The notes beneath the pieces were generated by a model that saw only the letters and a program-made list of their open reading frames with translations, made no database searches and was not told where the DNA came from. Both the position numbers and the translations under genes were made by a program. Of a stretch of DNA of 32,751 bases, positions 1 through 9,484 are shown piece by piece. The DNA is taken from the IMG/VR virus record IMGVR_UViG_3300045988_100063, positions 1-32,751 of that record; one strand, written 5' to 3'. This DNA is from a virus. The stretch's first letter is position 1. Each line of letters opens with the position of its first letter.

Positions 1-533
1 TCTGTATCACACACGCTTTCTTTCCTCGTGTCAATGCTCAAAAGAAAGCCAATGATGATGGCATCCCACTTTTTGGGTGGCAATCAGACGGATGGCTGAC
101 CATGAGTAATACTCCAACTGTTCTCTATGATGACATTGTTAAATGGTTCATAGAGATGAGACAGAAAGGCTTCAAAATTGCTGCTGTCGGTATGGACAGG
201 AAATTTGGTAGAGAGTTCATGCTAAAAATGAAGCAAGCTAAATTCAAAATGATTGACCAGCCTCAGCTATTCTATTTGAAATCAGAGGGATTCAGAAGAA
301 TTGAATTGAAAGTGAAGAATAAAGAATTTTATTATGTGCATTCGGACGCTTATGAGTATTGTGTCAGCAATGTCAGAGCCATTGAGAAAGTAGATGATGC
401 TGTCCAGTATGAGAAATTGGACGGTGATGGCGGTACAGCAAGAATTGACTTGTTTGATGCGAGCGTTTTTGCTTGTATACAGGCACTTGCTAACCTTGGT
501 AAGAATAAGAATGTGATGGCTTACTTTGATTAG
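1..533 (+). CDS. terL: Terminase large subunit, C-terminal part (5'-truncated by the window; codon phase starts at base 3; continuation of 31508..32751 across the circular junction)
   Basis: The frame is open from base 3 to the stop at 531-533. Bases 1-55 duplicate 32697-32751, and the 31508 frame continues in phase (32798-31508 is divisible by 3). The joined product is 573 aa, a typical TerL size. Confidence 0.9.
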   Translation, partial: CITHAFFPRVNAQKKANDDGIPLFGWQSDGWLTMSNTPTVLYDDIVKWFIEMRQKGFKIAAVGMDRKFGREFMLKMKQAKFKMIDQPQLFYLKSEGFRRIELKVKNKEFYYVHSDAYEYCVSNVRAIEKVDDAVQYEKLDGDGGTARIDLFDASVFACIQALANLGKNKNVMAYFD

Positions 534-553
534 ATAGAAAGGAGGTGAGAAAT

Positions 554-1756
554 ATGGGAATCTTTGACAAATTATTCAAGCGTGGAAAGTCTCAGACGAT
601 GTTCACAAGCTTTGGGAATTCAGATATGGGCATCATGTATGACGGTGATGGCTACATTCCACTGGCAAGAAATCCAGATGTGATCATGGCTGTCAATAAA
701 ATTGCTGACATGGTTTCAAATATGACAATTCAGCTTATGGAGAATACAAAATCCGGAGATGTACGAATCAAGGACGGGTTAGCCCGTAAGATTGACATCA
801 ACCCTTGTGATCACATGACACGGAAATCATGGATCTTCAAAATTGTCAGAGACTTGCTTTTGTTTGGTGATGGAAATTCTGTTCTACATGTGGAATATGA
901 CCCAATGACTGACTATATCAGCAATCTCAGACCATTCCCAATGTCGGAAGTGTCATTCAAGAGTAATGATCTAACATACATGATCCATTTCAGAGACACT
1001 GATTTCAATCCAGATGAGGTGGTCCACTTTGCCATCAATCCTGATCCAGACCGGCCTTATATTGGGACCGGTTTTAGATTGGCCTTGAAAGATATTGTGC
1101 GTAATTTGAACATGGCCACACAGACCAAAAAGGGCTTTATGAACGGAAAGAACGTTCCTAGCCTTATTGTGAAGGTCGATTCATCAAGTGAGGAACTTGG
1201 GACTGTTGAAGGTCGGGAAAAAATCGCTAAGAAATACTTGACAACAAGCCAGTCTGGTGAACCTTGGATTGTTCCTGATGCCTTGATGGAAGTGGAACAA
1301 GTGAAGCCATTGAGTCTGAATGACATTGCTTTGAATGAGTCAGTAGAAATTGATAAGAAAACAGTAGCTGGGATGTTAGGAGTTCCGGCTTTTGTGTTAG
1401 GTGTGGGAGATTTCAACAAAGAAGAATACAACAACTTTGTGAATACAACCATCATGAGCATCGCAACAACGATCACTCAGACGCTCACAAGAGACCTACT
1501 GACTTCAACCACACGCTACTTCAAATTCAATCCACGTTCATTGTATTCATACGACATCACAGAGCTTTCAACTGTTGCTCAACAAATGACCAACAGTGCT
1601 GCAATGCGTAGAAATGAGTGGAGAGATTGGGTTGGTATGACTCCAGATCCTGAAATGGATGAAATTATTGTTCTTGAAAACTATCTGCCACAAGGCGAGT
1701 TAGGCAATCAGAGCAAACTAAACAAGGAAGGAGGAAATGCCAGTGAAGAAACGTAA
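554..1756 (+). CDS. Portal protein, HK97-type
   Basis: About 400 aa, immediately after terL and before the prohead protease. GGAGG at 541-545 lies 8 nt upstream of ATG 554; the ORF track's GTG 545 overlaps the RBS. Confidence 0.88.
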   Translation: MGIFDKLFKRGKSQTMFTSFGNSDMGIMYDGDGYIPLARNPDVIMAVNKIADMVSNMTIQLMENTKSGDVRIKDGLARKIDINPCDHMTRKSWIFKIVRDLLLFGDGNSVLHVEYDPMTDYISNLRPFPMSEVSFKSNDLTYMIHFRDTDFNPDEVVHFAINPDPDRPYIGTGFRLALKDIVRNLNMATQTKKGFMNGKNVPSLIVKVDSSSEELGTVEGREKIAKKYLTTSQSGEPWIVPDALMEVEQVKPLSLNDIALNESVEIDKKTVAGMLGVPAFVLGVGDFNKEEYNNFVNTTIMSIATTITQTLTRDLLTSTTRYFKFNPRSLYSYDITELSTVAQQMTNSAAMRRNEWRDWVGMTPDPEMDEIIVLENYLPQGELGNQSKLNKEGGNASEET

Positions 1757-2321
1757 TTCCTACATTGCTACTCAATTCGAGACACGAGAAGAACAAGAAT
1801 CTGGTGACTTGATTCTGAGTGGCTACTTCATCCGGTTCGATGAAGAAACTGAGCTGTGGCCAGGCTACTTTGAAGTGATCAAACGTGCAGGAGTGGAAGA
1901 AGCCATCAAGAATGCTGATATCCGTGCATTGTTTAACCATGATCATAACCTAGTATTAGGACGCACAGGAAACAGCACAGTGAGTCTCAAAGTTGATGAC
2001 AAAGGTCTTTATGGTGACATTATCATCAACAGGAATGATCCAGACGCTATGGGAGCCTATGCCCGTGTCCAGCGTGGGGATATTGTTGGATGCAGTTTTG
2101 GATTTATGCCAATCAAGGTGGACACCATTGAGCGTGAAGATGGGTCTTATCTTGATACAGTGCTAGAACTTGAAATCTTTGAAGTCAGTCCTTGCACATT
2201 CCCGGCCTATCCACAGACTGAAATTGCTGCACGGAAGAAAGACTTTGAATGTCTAAAACGTGCCAATGTTGAAGCGTTAAATGAACGCAAAATGAAAATT
2301 AAGGAGAAATACAATCTATGA
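1737..2321 (+). CDS. Prohead maturation protease, HK97 family (S78/U35-like)
   Basis: 194 aa between portal and capsid. Contains 'LFNHDHNLVLGRTG', as in HK97-type prohead proteases. Overlaps the portal stop. Confidence 0.88.
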   Translation: MPVKKRNSYIATQFETREEQESGDLILSGYFIRFDEETELWPGYFEVIKRAGVEEAIKNADIRALFNHDHNLVLGRTGNSTVSLKVDDKGLYGDIIINRNDPDAMGAYARVQRGDIVGCSFGFMPIKVDTIEREDGSYLDTVLELEIFEVSPCTFPAYPQTEIAARKKDFECLKRANVEALNERKMKIKEKYNL

Positions 2322-3490
2322 ACAAAGCATTGATTCTGGGCGCACGTATGCGCACCAAAGCAAACAAGGTTGTTGAATTGGAAGAAGCAATCACAGAATT
2401 GAACAACCGTTCTGCTAGTGAAGCAGAAAAATTGGACCGTGCAGAAACTGAAGAAGAAGTTTCAACGGTTGAAAAGAGCCTTGAAGAAATCCAAAAAGAA
2501 TTGGAAGAAAAACAAGCAGAAAAAGCAAAACTTGAAGAAGAAATTGAAGATCTTCAAAAACAAGTTGATGAACAAAATCGGAAAGCCCCAACATTCAAAG
2601 ATGTTGAGCAACGTGGAGGAAAGAAATTGGAACAACGTGACGCAATTGCTAAATTCATTCGTACTGGTCAAACTCGTGACATTGAAGGTCTTAAAACAAC
2701 TGACTCTGGAAGCGCTGCTTTGATCCCAACTGAAATTTTAAAACCTCACTTCCTTGAAAAGACACGCAATCCACTCTTGGATCTTGTCCAACGTGTTCAA
2801 GTGAATAGTGGCTCTGGTAAATATCCAGTTATCAAGAAGACAGATGGGAAAATGGCTTCTACTGATGAATTGAAAGCCAATCCTGAACTTGGAAAGCCAA
2901 AGATCAGTGAAATTGATTACTCAATCAAGACTTACCGTGGATACATTCCTGTGTCTCAAGAAATGATTGATGATGCAGACTACGACATCATGTCTATTGT
3001 AGAAGATGAAGTAGTCAATCAAGGTGAAAATACTGAGCTTTCATTGATTACTGCTGTACTAAAAGCAGCTCCTCAAGCAGATGCTGCTGGATTAGATGGC
3101 ATCAAAGACATCTACAACAAGAAATTAAAACCAATCTACAAAGCAAGTATTGTTGTAACTCAATCAATGTTTGCAGCGCTTGACAAGGTCAAGGATAAAA
3201 ATGGGAAATATATGCTTCAACCAGATGTTACATCACCTACAGGCTATTCATTCGGTGGCAAAAAGATTTATCCAGTGGATGACACTCTATTTGGCAATGA
3301 AGGTGACATGAAGTTCTTTATTGGAGATGTTGCTGAATTCGTTAAATTGTTTGACCGTCTTCAAGTATCAGTTAAATGGATTAACAATGATATCTATGGC
3401 CAATTGCTTGGACTCTTCCTACGTCTTGATGTCAAGAAAGTAGATGAAGCTGCTGGATTCTTTGGCACATACACTGATGTTGTAGCATAA
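2318..3490 (+). CDS. Major capsid protein, HK97 fold, with N-terminal coiled-coil delta/scaffold domain
   Basis: 390 aa. The N-terminal ~100 aa are E/K-rich coiled coil (delta domain), followed by a capsid-like body. ATGA overlap with the protease gene. Confidence 0.88.
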   Translation: MNKALILGARMRTKANKVVELEEAITELNNRSASEAEKLDRAETEEEVSTVEKSLEEIQKELEEKQAEKAKLEEEIEDLQKQVDEQNRKAPTFKDVEQRGGKKLEQRDAIAKFIRTGQTRDIEGLKTTDSGSAALIPTEILKPHFLEKTRNPLLDLVQRVQVNSGSGKYPVIKKTDGKMASTDELKANPELGKPKISEIDYSIKTYRGYIPVSQEMIDDADYDIMSIVEDEVVNQGENTELSLITAVLKAAPQADAAGLDGIKDIYNKKLKPIYKASIVVTQSMFAALDKVKDKNGKYMLQPDVTSPTGYSFGGKKIYPVDDTLFGNEGDMKFFIGDVAEFVKLFDRLQVSVKWINNDIYGQLLGLFLRLDVKKVDEAAGFFGTYTDVVA

Positions 3491-3501
3491 GGAGGTATCA
3501 C

Positions 3502-3882
3502 ATGACCTATACAGTAATCCGTCCATTCAAGGACATGCGTGACACAGAACAACATGAATATAAGATTGATGATGTCTTCCCACGCAAAGGATATGAACCT
3601 GATCAAGAGTTTGTTAAAAGCCTCTTGACAGGCTTCAACTCAGCAGGTTCAATCTTCATCACTGATGAAGTAGTGAAGAAAGCTACTAAGAAAGTAGAAG
3701 AGGCCGCTGAAGAAGTGGAAGAAACTGCTGAGAAAGCAGAAGAAACCACTGAAGAAGTGAAAGAAGCTACTGAGGAAGTAGAAGAAGCCACTGAAGAAGT
3801 GAAAGAAGCTACTGAGGAAGTAGAAGAAGCCACTGAAGAGAAACCAAAGCGCAAGAAAGCAACTAAGAAAGAGGAAGAATAG
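3502..3882 (+). CDS. Hypothetical head-module protein with a highly acidic repeat tail (EEATEEVKEATEEVE...)
   Basis: 126-aa ORF with GGAGG 8 nt upstream. The C-terminal half is a Glu-rich tandem repeat ending in a KRKKATKK basic patch. Function unknown. Confidence 0.7.
   Translation: MTYTVIRPFKDMRDTEQHEYKIDDVFPRKGYEPDQEFVKSLLTGFNSAGSIFITDEVVKKATKKVEEAAEEVEETAEKAEETTEEVKEATEEVEEATEEVKEATEEVEEATEEKPKRKKATKKEEE
3751..3834 (+). repeat. Two perfect tandem copies of a 42-bp unit (gaagaagtgaaagaagctactgaggaagtagaagaagccact), in frame within the 3502..3882 CDS
   Basis: Read directly: 3751-3792 is identical to 3793-3834. Degenerate copies flank it on both sides. Confidence 0.95.
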
Positions 3883-3883
3883 C

Positions 3884-4150
3884 ATGGACACTGGTCAGTT
3901 AGTGGAATTACTTAAAATCAAATTAGGAATTGCTTCAAATTTGCGAGATAAAACACTAGAGAAGATTGTTTTAAGCGTCATCAGCGAGTTAGAAAACAAT
4001 TTGGGTGTTGAATTGGTTCCAGATCGTGCTGACCATGAAATGTTCATTGTTGACTTTGCTGCTTATCGCTATGAAGGTGGTGTTGATTTGCCACGTCACC
4101 TTCAATGGCGCTTGCACAATCTGCAAATCTCTTCCAAGAAAGAGGTGTGA
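3884..4150 (+). CDS. Head-tail connector (gp6-like) protein
   Basis: 88 aa in the canonical position after the capsid. Size and N-terminal 'LKIKLGI...D..L' pattern are typical of gp6-like connectors. The call rests mainly on position. Confidence 0.6.
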   Translation: MDTGQLVELLKIKLGIASNLRDKTLEKIVLSVISELENNLGVELVPDRADHEMFIVDFAAYRYEGGVDLPRHLQWRLHNLQISSKKEV

Positions 4151-4151
4151 G

Positions 4152-4451
4152 ATGTGGAATGATGAAATCACATTGATAGGTTTTAAAATTACAGGTAATG
4201 ACAAACTCAAGCAAGATCTGACTGAGAAAGTAAAGACTACAATTTTTTGTAAGAAAAAATCTATTACACGGTCAGAATTCTACCAAGCCAATCAGGCTGG
4301 CATTCGTCCAAATCTGATTGTTGATATTCACAGTTTTGAATACGACAATCAGGAGTTTGCTGAATTTGGCGGTAAAGAGTACCGGATTTTGAAGACATAT
4401 CCAATCAACCTCAACATCCTTGAATTGACTCTAGTGGAGAAAATGACATGA
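4152..4451 (+). CDS. Head closure / head-tail joining protein
   Basis: 99 aa from ATG 4152 (MWNDEITLIGFK...). The ORF track's start at 4005 would overlap the preceding gene by 146 nt. Position is typical for this function. Confidence 0.6.
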   Translation: MWNDEITLIGFKITGNDKLKQDLTEKVKTTIFCKKKSITRSEFYQANQAGIRPNLIVDIHSFEYDNQEFAEFGGKEYRILKTYPINLNILELTLVEKMT

Positions 4452-4795
4452 GCCAAGATCTAGCCAGTCAAATTGCTAAAGCATTAGCAGAGTATTCCAC
4501 AGAAGTTGAAGAGAAAGTTGACAAGATAGCAGAAGAAACAGCAGAAGAGACCGTCCAAGAATTGAAAGCGACAAGTCCCAAACGATTTGGGAAGTATGCT
4601 AAAACGTGGAAGAAAAAGAAAATGGGGAAAGGTAACTTTATAGTGCATAACACAAATTACCGTCTCCCACATTTGCTTGAATTTGGCCACTTAAAAAGGA
4701 ACGGGGGACGGGTTTCCGGCATCGTACACATCAAGCCGGCAGAAGATCACGCTATTGAGAATTTTGAAAAGAAATTGAAGGAGCTTGGAAGATGA
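4448..4795 (+). CDS. HK97 gp10-like tail-component protein
   Basis: 115 aa with an 'LLEFGH' motif resembling the gp10-family 'EFG' signature. ATGA overlap at both ends. Confidence 0.65.
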   Translation: MSQDLASQIAKALAEYSTEVEEKVDKIAEETAEETVQELKATSPKRFGKYAKTWKKKKMGKGNFIVHNTNYRLPHLLEFGHLKRNGGRVSGIVHIKPAEDHAIENFEKKLKELGR

Positions 4796-5115
4796 AGCTG
4801 TCAGAGTTTGCAGAAATTTTGGAAAAGGCTGGCTTGCCAGTCACTTACAAGGCATTCAGGGAAGGAAATGTCCCATCACTGCCTTACCTTGTCTATTTTG
4901 AAAGCTTGCCATCTATCACAGGGACAGACAATCAAGCATCATACAAGATCCGTGCTGTCACTGTAGAATTGGCCTTTGAAAGAAAAGATGAGGAGCTAGA
5001 AGAACGATTAGAAGAGCTGTGGAATGACCATAAGCTCTTTTATGATGTTCAAGAAGAAAATTTTATTGAATCAGAAAGACTGTTTGTGAAGTCTTATGAA
5101 GTCTATCTATATTGA
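4792..5115 (+). CDS. Tail completion / tail terminator-like protein (hypothetical)
   Basis: 107 aa, immediately upstream of the major tail protein. Call is positional only. Confidence 0.5.
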   Translation: MKLSEFAEILEKAGLPVTYKAFREGNVPSLPYLVYFESLPSITGTDNQASYKIRAVTVELAFERKDEELEERLEELWNDHKLFYDVQEENFIESERLFVKSYEVYLY

Positions 5116-5126
5116 GGAGGAAAGAA

Positions 5127-5699
5127 ATGACTGAAAACAAAGTTACATTCGGACTTGAAAATGTCCACGTAGCACCAATCCAATCAATCAGTGAAGCAGG
5201 AGTGATCACTTATGGTCAAGTATTCCGCTTCCCTGGAGCGATGGAATTGACGCTGGACCCTAAAGGGGATTCAGGATCAGTGAAAGCTGATAACATTGAT
5301 TATTACTTCGTCAACTCAAACGAAGGTTACGAAGGTAAATTAAAAGTCCCACACATCATTGAAGTATTCGCAACAAAAATTTTGGGCGACATCAAAGACT
5401 CTACAACAGGAGTGGTCACAGAAAAAGCAGATGCGAAGACAACCAACTTCGCACTTATGTTTGAATTTGCTGGCGATGCTAACAAGACACGCCATGTCAT
5501 GTATTACTGTTCAGCAAGTCGCCCATCAAGTGGATCAGCTACTAAGAACGGAACCAACGTGAATGAACGTGAATTGAGTTTCAATGCTAGTCCTCGTCCC
5601 GGTGATCAAGTGGTGAAACGTTCCATCACATCAGCAGATGATCAAGAAGTTTATAAGAAATGGTTTGAAAAGGTCTATGAACCTAATCAAGCTTTGTAA
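5127..5699 (+). CDS. Major tail protein
   Basis: 190 aa from ATG 5127, with GAGGAGG 6 nt upstream. Lies directly before the chaperone/tape-measure pair. Confidence 0.8.
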   Translation: MTENKVTFGLENVHVAPIQSISEAGVITYGQVFRFPGAMELTLDPKGDSGSVKADNIDYYFVNSNEGYEGKLKVPHIIEVFATKILGDIKDSTTGVVTEKADAKTTNFALMFEFAGDANKTRHVMYYCSASRPSSGSATKNGTNVNERELSFNASPRPGDQVVKRSITSADDQEVYKKWFEKVYEPNQAL

Positions 5700-5714
5700 T
5701 TGAGGAGGTCTTAA

Positions 5715-6113
5715 ATGCGTAAGAGTGTGATCATTAGTGAAAAGGAGTATGAGCTTGTAACCAATGCTTACACTCCTATTGCTTATAAGAGTGAATTTGG
5801 GAAAGATTTCTTCCAAGATCTATTTGGAATGATCTCAAACCAGAATATCATGCAAATGGCTGAGAATGGCACCAATGAAGTTGACATCAACATGTTAGCC
5901 AATTTTGACATGACCTTCTTCAATCGCTTGTTTTGGGTTTTTACAAAATCAGGGAACCCACATATCAAGCCTTATGAACAATTCTTCATGGAGATGGAGG
6001 AGTTTCCTTTGCAGGACATCGCTCCAATTCTGATGGAAATGATCAACGACACGATGACATCAAAAAAAAACCAGATGAGTCAGAATCAGCCAGTGATGAA
6101 ATCTTTACAGTAG
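5715..6113 (+). CDS. Tail assembly chaperone (gpG-like, zero-frame product)
   Basis: 132 aa between the major tail protein and the tape measure. An A9 slippery run lies near its 3' end. Confidence 0.8.
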   Translation: MRKSVIISEKEYELVTNAYTPIAYKSEFGKDFFQDLFGMISNQNIMQMAENGTNEVDINMLANFDMTFFNRLFWVFTKSGNPHIKPYEQFFMEMEEFPLQDIAPILMEMINDTMTSKKNQMSQNQPVMKSLQ

Positions 6114-6277
6114 AGTCATACCTCTCTTGCTGTAAAGAAACTGGTCTCACGATTGATGACCTGAAGCACATTTCAATTGGAATGGCTCTGGATTATCAAA
6201 CAGATTATGTGAATTTGCGTACTGAGAACAAATCAGAAACACGCAAAGCCACACAGTCAGATTTTGACTCATTTTAG
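5715..6277 (+). CDS. Tail assembly chaperone, -1 frameshift fusion product (gpGT-like)
   Basis: The -1 frame is open from the A-run at 6062-6070 to TAG 6275-6277. It encodes ...KKKPDESESASDEIFTVESYLSCCKETGLTIDDLKHISIGMALDYQTDYVNL..., and 'T(I/L)DDL..ISIGM.LDY' is typical of gpT extensions. Confidence 0.7.
6062..6070 (+). promoter_or_regulatory. Slippery A9 run (programmed -1 frameshift site)
   Basis: tca aaa aaa aac in the zero frame. An A AAA AAA heptamer lies at the G/T junction. Confidence 0.7.
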
Positions 6278-6391
6278 TCTGAAATAGAGTGCTGAGAGGA
6301 AGAATCTGAGGTCAAGTTCATTGAATAGATGGACGATTGATCACAAGAATCCTTTAGGCGCTCTTTATATTTTTATGTGAAAGGAGGAAAT

Positions 6392-9300
6392 ATGGCCGGT
6401 AATATTAAAGGGATAAAAATTGAAATTGGTGGAGACACACAGCCCCTTCAAAATGCCCTTAAAAAAGTAAATTCAGCCTCTATTGAAGCAGCAAAAGAAT
6501 TGAAGAGCATTGACAAGGCTCTGAAATTTGATACAGGGAACGTGACCCTATTGGCTCAAAAGCAAGAAGTCCTTCAAAAGCAAGTCTCAACTACCAAGGA
6601 AAAGTTGGAAACATTGAGACAGGCACAAGCACAAGTTGAAGCTCAATTCAAAAGTGGTGACATTGGAGCTGATCAATACCGTGCATTTCAACGGGAAGTG
6701 GTCCAGACAGAAAACATCCTGAAAGGCTATGAGAACAAGCTTGAAAATGTCAATAAGGCATTGGACGGAAATGGGAATGCCACAAAATCCAACCGTGAAC
6801 AACTGAAAGAGCTTCAAAATGAGCAACAGCGTCTTGCCAGTGAAGGTGACAAAGTTGTCAGCTCATTCAAACTGCAAGAAAGCCAGATGGGTTCCAACGC
6901 TAGTGAAGCAGATAAGCTGGCACTTGCTGAACAGAAGATTGGGAAGCAAAGCGAGATTGTCGCACAACAGATCGAGAATCTTGAGAAACAGCTTGCTCTT
7001 GCAAAACAAGAATATGGCGAGAACTCAACAGAAGTCAATAAGCTAGAGACTCAACTGAATGAGTCCAAGGCTGCCTTCAACGGGCTTGCCAATGAAATGG
7101 AAAATCTTGGTGAGTCGGGAAAGAAAGCCAGTAGTGGTCTTGAAGAGACAAACAAGCTTCTGAAAGCTGAGTTACTGAATCAATTCTCTGAGAAGCTGTC
7201 TGAGATCAGTCAAAAGTTGGTTGATTTTGGGAAGAGCGCTCTAGATGCATTCCGTGAAATTGATGAGGGAATGGACACCATTGTCACCAAGACCGGTGCT
7301 GGTGGGAAAGCTCTTGAAGAAATGCAAGGCATTGCTAATGGCATAGCCACTGAGGTCCCTACTGATTTCAGCACCATCGGGAATGCGGTTGGTGAGGTCA
7401 ATACTCAATTCAAATTAACTGGAGACGCTTTGAAAGTGACTTCAGAAGACATGATCAAGTTTTCTGAGATCAATGGCACAGATGTCACTAATGCTACAAT
7501 TCAATCAAAGCAAGCTATGGAAGCCTATGGCTTATCTATTGATGACTTAACAGAGATTCTGGACAATGTAACCTATGTTTCTCAAGATACAGGGGTTTCT
7601 GTTGATGAGTTGATGAAAAAGGCAACTGATGGAGCGCCTCAAATCAAGATGCTTGGTCTTGAATTTGGCGAGGCAGTCACCCTTATTGGTCAATTCGAAA
7701 AAAACGGGGTGGATTCATCTTCAGCACTCTCTGGACTGACAAAGGCTGCTGGTGTATATACCAAGCAAGGAAAGACCATGAAGCAAGGTCTGAATGAGAC
7801 CATTGAAGCCATCAAGAACAGCAAGTCAGAGACCGAAGCGATGGGAATCGCTATGGAGATCTTTGGTGCTAAGAAAGCCCCTCAAATGATTGATGCAATC
7901 AAACGTGGGAAATTCAACATGGAAGATTTAGGCTACACTTCACAAGTGTCAGCCGGTCTGGTTTCTCAAACTTACGAGAACACCCTAGACCCCATTGACA
8001 AGTTCACCACAGCACAAAACGGTTTGAAAATCGTTATGGCTGAAGTTGGTGGAGCAATTGCTGAAACATTCGCACCAGCCCTTGACATCATTGTAGATAT
8101 CTTCAAGAAGGTAGCAGAATGGATCAACAACTTGCCGGGACCAATCAAGAACTTTGTTGTAGTATTTGGATCAATTGTGACTGTGGCCGGTGTACTTGCG
8201 CCCATCTTCCTTGCCCTTCAAGCTGCCGCTGTGGCTGTCGGAACGAGTATAGGAGGGCTGATAGCTGCTGCATTGCCAATCATTGCGGTGATCGCTGCTG
8301 TTGTTGTCGCAGTAACCGGAATTGTATTGGCCATCAAGCACTTGTGGGAAACCAATGAGGGATTCAGGACCGCTGTTGAGACAGTCTGGAACGCTATCAT
8401 GTCAGTCATCAACACTGTTGTCAAAGCTATCTCTGACTTTGTAATGCAAATTTGGGGAACGCTGACAAGTTGGTGGAACGACAATCAGCAATTGATCAGA
8501 CAGACAGCAGAAACAGTCTGGAATGCTATTTCAGCAGTAGTGACAACGGTCATGAATGTTCTTGGTCCATTTATTCAAACGGCATGGAATAACATTTCAA
8601 CGGTAATTTCTACGGTCTGGGAGACCATCAAAACCGTTGTTGAAACAGCCATCAACGTGGTATTAGGCATCATTAAGACTGTGATGCAGATAATCAATGG
8701 TGATTGGTCGGGAGCTTGGGAATCTATCAAAGGTATTGCTGAAAGTATCTGGAATGGTATCAAGAGCATTGCTGAATCTGTATTCAATGCGATGGCTCAG
8801 ATCTTATCTAACATCTGGAATACTATTTCAAGCACTGCATCAAGCATTTGGAACGGCATCAGCTCTACCCTATCAGGTATCTGGAATGGAATTTCAAGCA
8901 CGGTCTCAAGTGTATTCAATGGGATTTCAAGCACGATTTCAGGGATCTGGAACGGTATCAGCTCAACTGCATCAGGAATCTGGAACGGGATCAAAGACAC
9001 CATTGGCGGTGCTATCAATGGAGCCAAAGACCTAGTAGGAAAAGCCATTGACGGAATTAAAGGTTTCTTCAATTTCCAATTCAAATGGCCACACATCCCA
9101 CTACCTCACTTTAAGGCCAGCGGGTCACTGAACCCAATGGACTGGCTGAAAGGTAAAGGAATTCCAAGTATTGGCATTGAATGGTATGCCAAAGGTGGGA
9201 TCTTAACCAAGCCCACAGCATTTGGCATGAACGGGAATAGCCTGATGGTTGGTGGGGAAGCCGGAAAAGAAGCAGTCCTACCACTGAATGAACGTAACTT

Positions 9301-9484
9301 GAGCGCCATTGGTCGGGGCATCGCCCAAACAATGGACCCACAAGGAACCGTGATCAACATCAACATCTCTGACAACATCATCAGAGAAGAAGCTGATATT
9401 GAGAAGATCGCCAATAAGGTATCTCAGAAGATAGCTGCTGAACTCAGGAGACAGAAAGAATTGAGAGGAGCGCCCGCATGGTAA
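6392..9484 (+). CDS. Tape measure protein
   Basis: 1030 aa from ATG 6392 (AGGAGG 5 nt upstream). It has N-terminal coiled coils, a hydrophobic core (residues ~580-650), W/F-periodic repeats, and the C-terminal 'GGEAGKEAVLPL' motif common in Gram-positive phage tape measures. Confidence 0.92.
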   Translation: MAGNIKGIKIEIGGDTQPLQNALKKVNSASIEAAKELKSIDKALKFDTGNVTLLAQKQEVLQKQVSTTKEKLETLRQAQAQVEAQFKSGDIGADQYRAFQREVVQTENILKGYENKLENVNKALDGNGNATKSNREQLKELQNEQQRLASEGDKVVSSFKLQESQMGSNASEADKLALAEQKIGKQSEIVAQQIENLEKQLALAKQEYGENSTEVNKLETQLNESKAAFNGLANEMENLGESGKKASSGLEETNKLLKAELLNQFSEKLSEISQKLVDFGKSALDAFREIDEGMDTIVTKTGAGGKALEEMQGIANGIATEVPTDFSTIGNAVGEVNTQFKLTGDALKVTSEDMIKFSEINGTDVTNATIQSKQAMEAYGLSIDDLTEILDNVTYVSQDTGVSVDELMKKATDGAPQIKMLGLEFGEAVTLIGQFEKNGVDSSSALSGLTKAAGVYTKQGKTMKQGLNETIEAIKNSKSETEAMGIAMEIFGAKKAPQMIDAIKRGKFNMEDLGYTSQVSAGLVSQTYENTLDPIDKFTTAQNGLKIVMAEVGGAIAETFAPALDIIVDIFKKVAEWINNLPGPIKNFVVVFGSIVTVAGVLAPIFLALQAAAVAVGTSIGGLIAAALPIIAVIAAVVVAVTGIVLAIKHLWETNEGFRTAVETVWNAIMSVINTVVKAISDFVMQIWGTLTSWWNDNQQLIRQTAETVWNAISAVVTTVMNVLGPFIQTAWNNISTVISTVWETIKTVVETAINVVLGIIKTVMQIINGDWSGAWESIKGIAESIWNGIKSIAESVFNAMAQILSNIWNTISSTASSIWNGISSTLSGIWNGISSTVSSVFNGISSTISGIWNGISSTASGIWNGIKDTIGGAINGAKDLVGKAIDGIKGFFNFQFKWPHIPLPHFKASGSLNPMDWLKGKGIPSIGIEWYAKGGILTKPTAFGMNGNSLMVGGEAGKEAVLPLNERNLSAIGRGIAQTMDPQGTVININISDNIIREEADIEKIANKVSQKIAAELRRQKELRGAPAW
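8813..8999 (+). repeat. About six tandem 33-nt (11-aa) coding repeats, IWNGISST(x)SG, inside the tape measure
   Basis: Units start at 8813, 8846, 8879, 8912, 8945 and 8978. Looser W-x10 periodicity extends upstream to about 8380. Confidence 0.9.

Noticed and set aside
2418-2723. K-rich + frame ORF (101 aa) and - strand ORF (2462-2671) inside the capsid gene
   Set aside because: These are frame-shifted readings of the GAA/AAA-rich delta-domain coding sequence. They have no RBS and low complexity.
3603-3891. Two - strand ORFs (83 and 80 aa) with S/F-rich repeats
   Set aside because: They are mirror images of the acidic 42-bp repeats in the + strand gene 3502-3882.
4005-4151. Upstream extension of the head-closure ORF (track start 4005)
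   Set aside because: It would overlap the connector gene by 146 nt in another frame. ATG 4152 directly follows that gene's stop, which matches the operon's coupled architecture.
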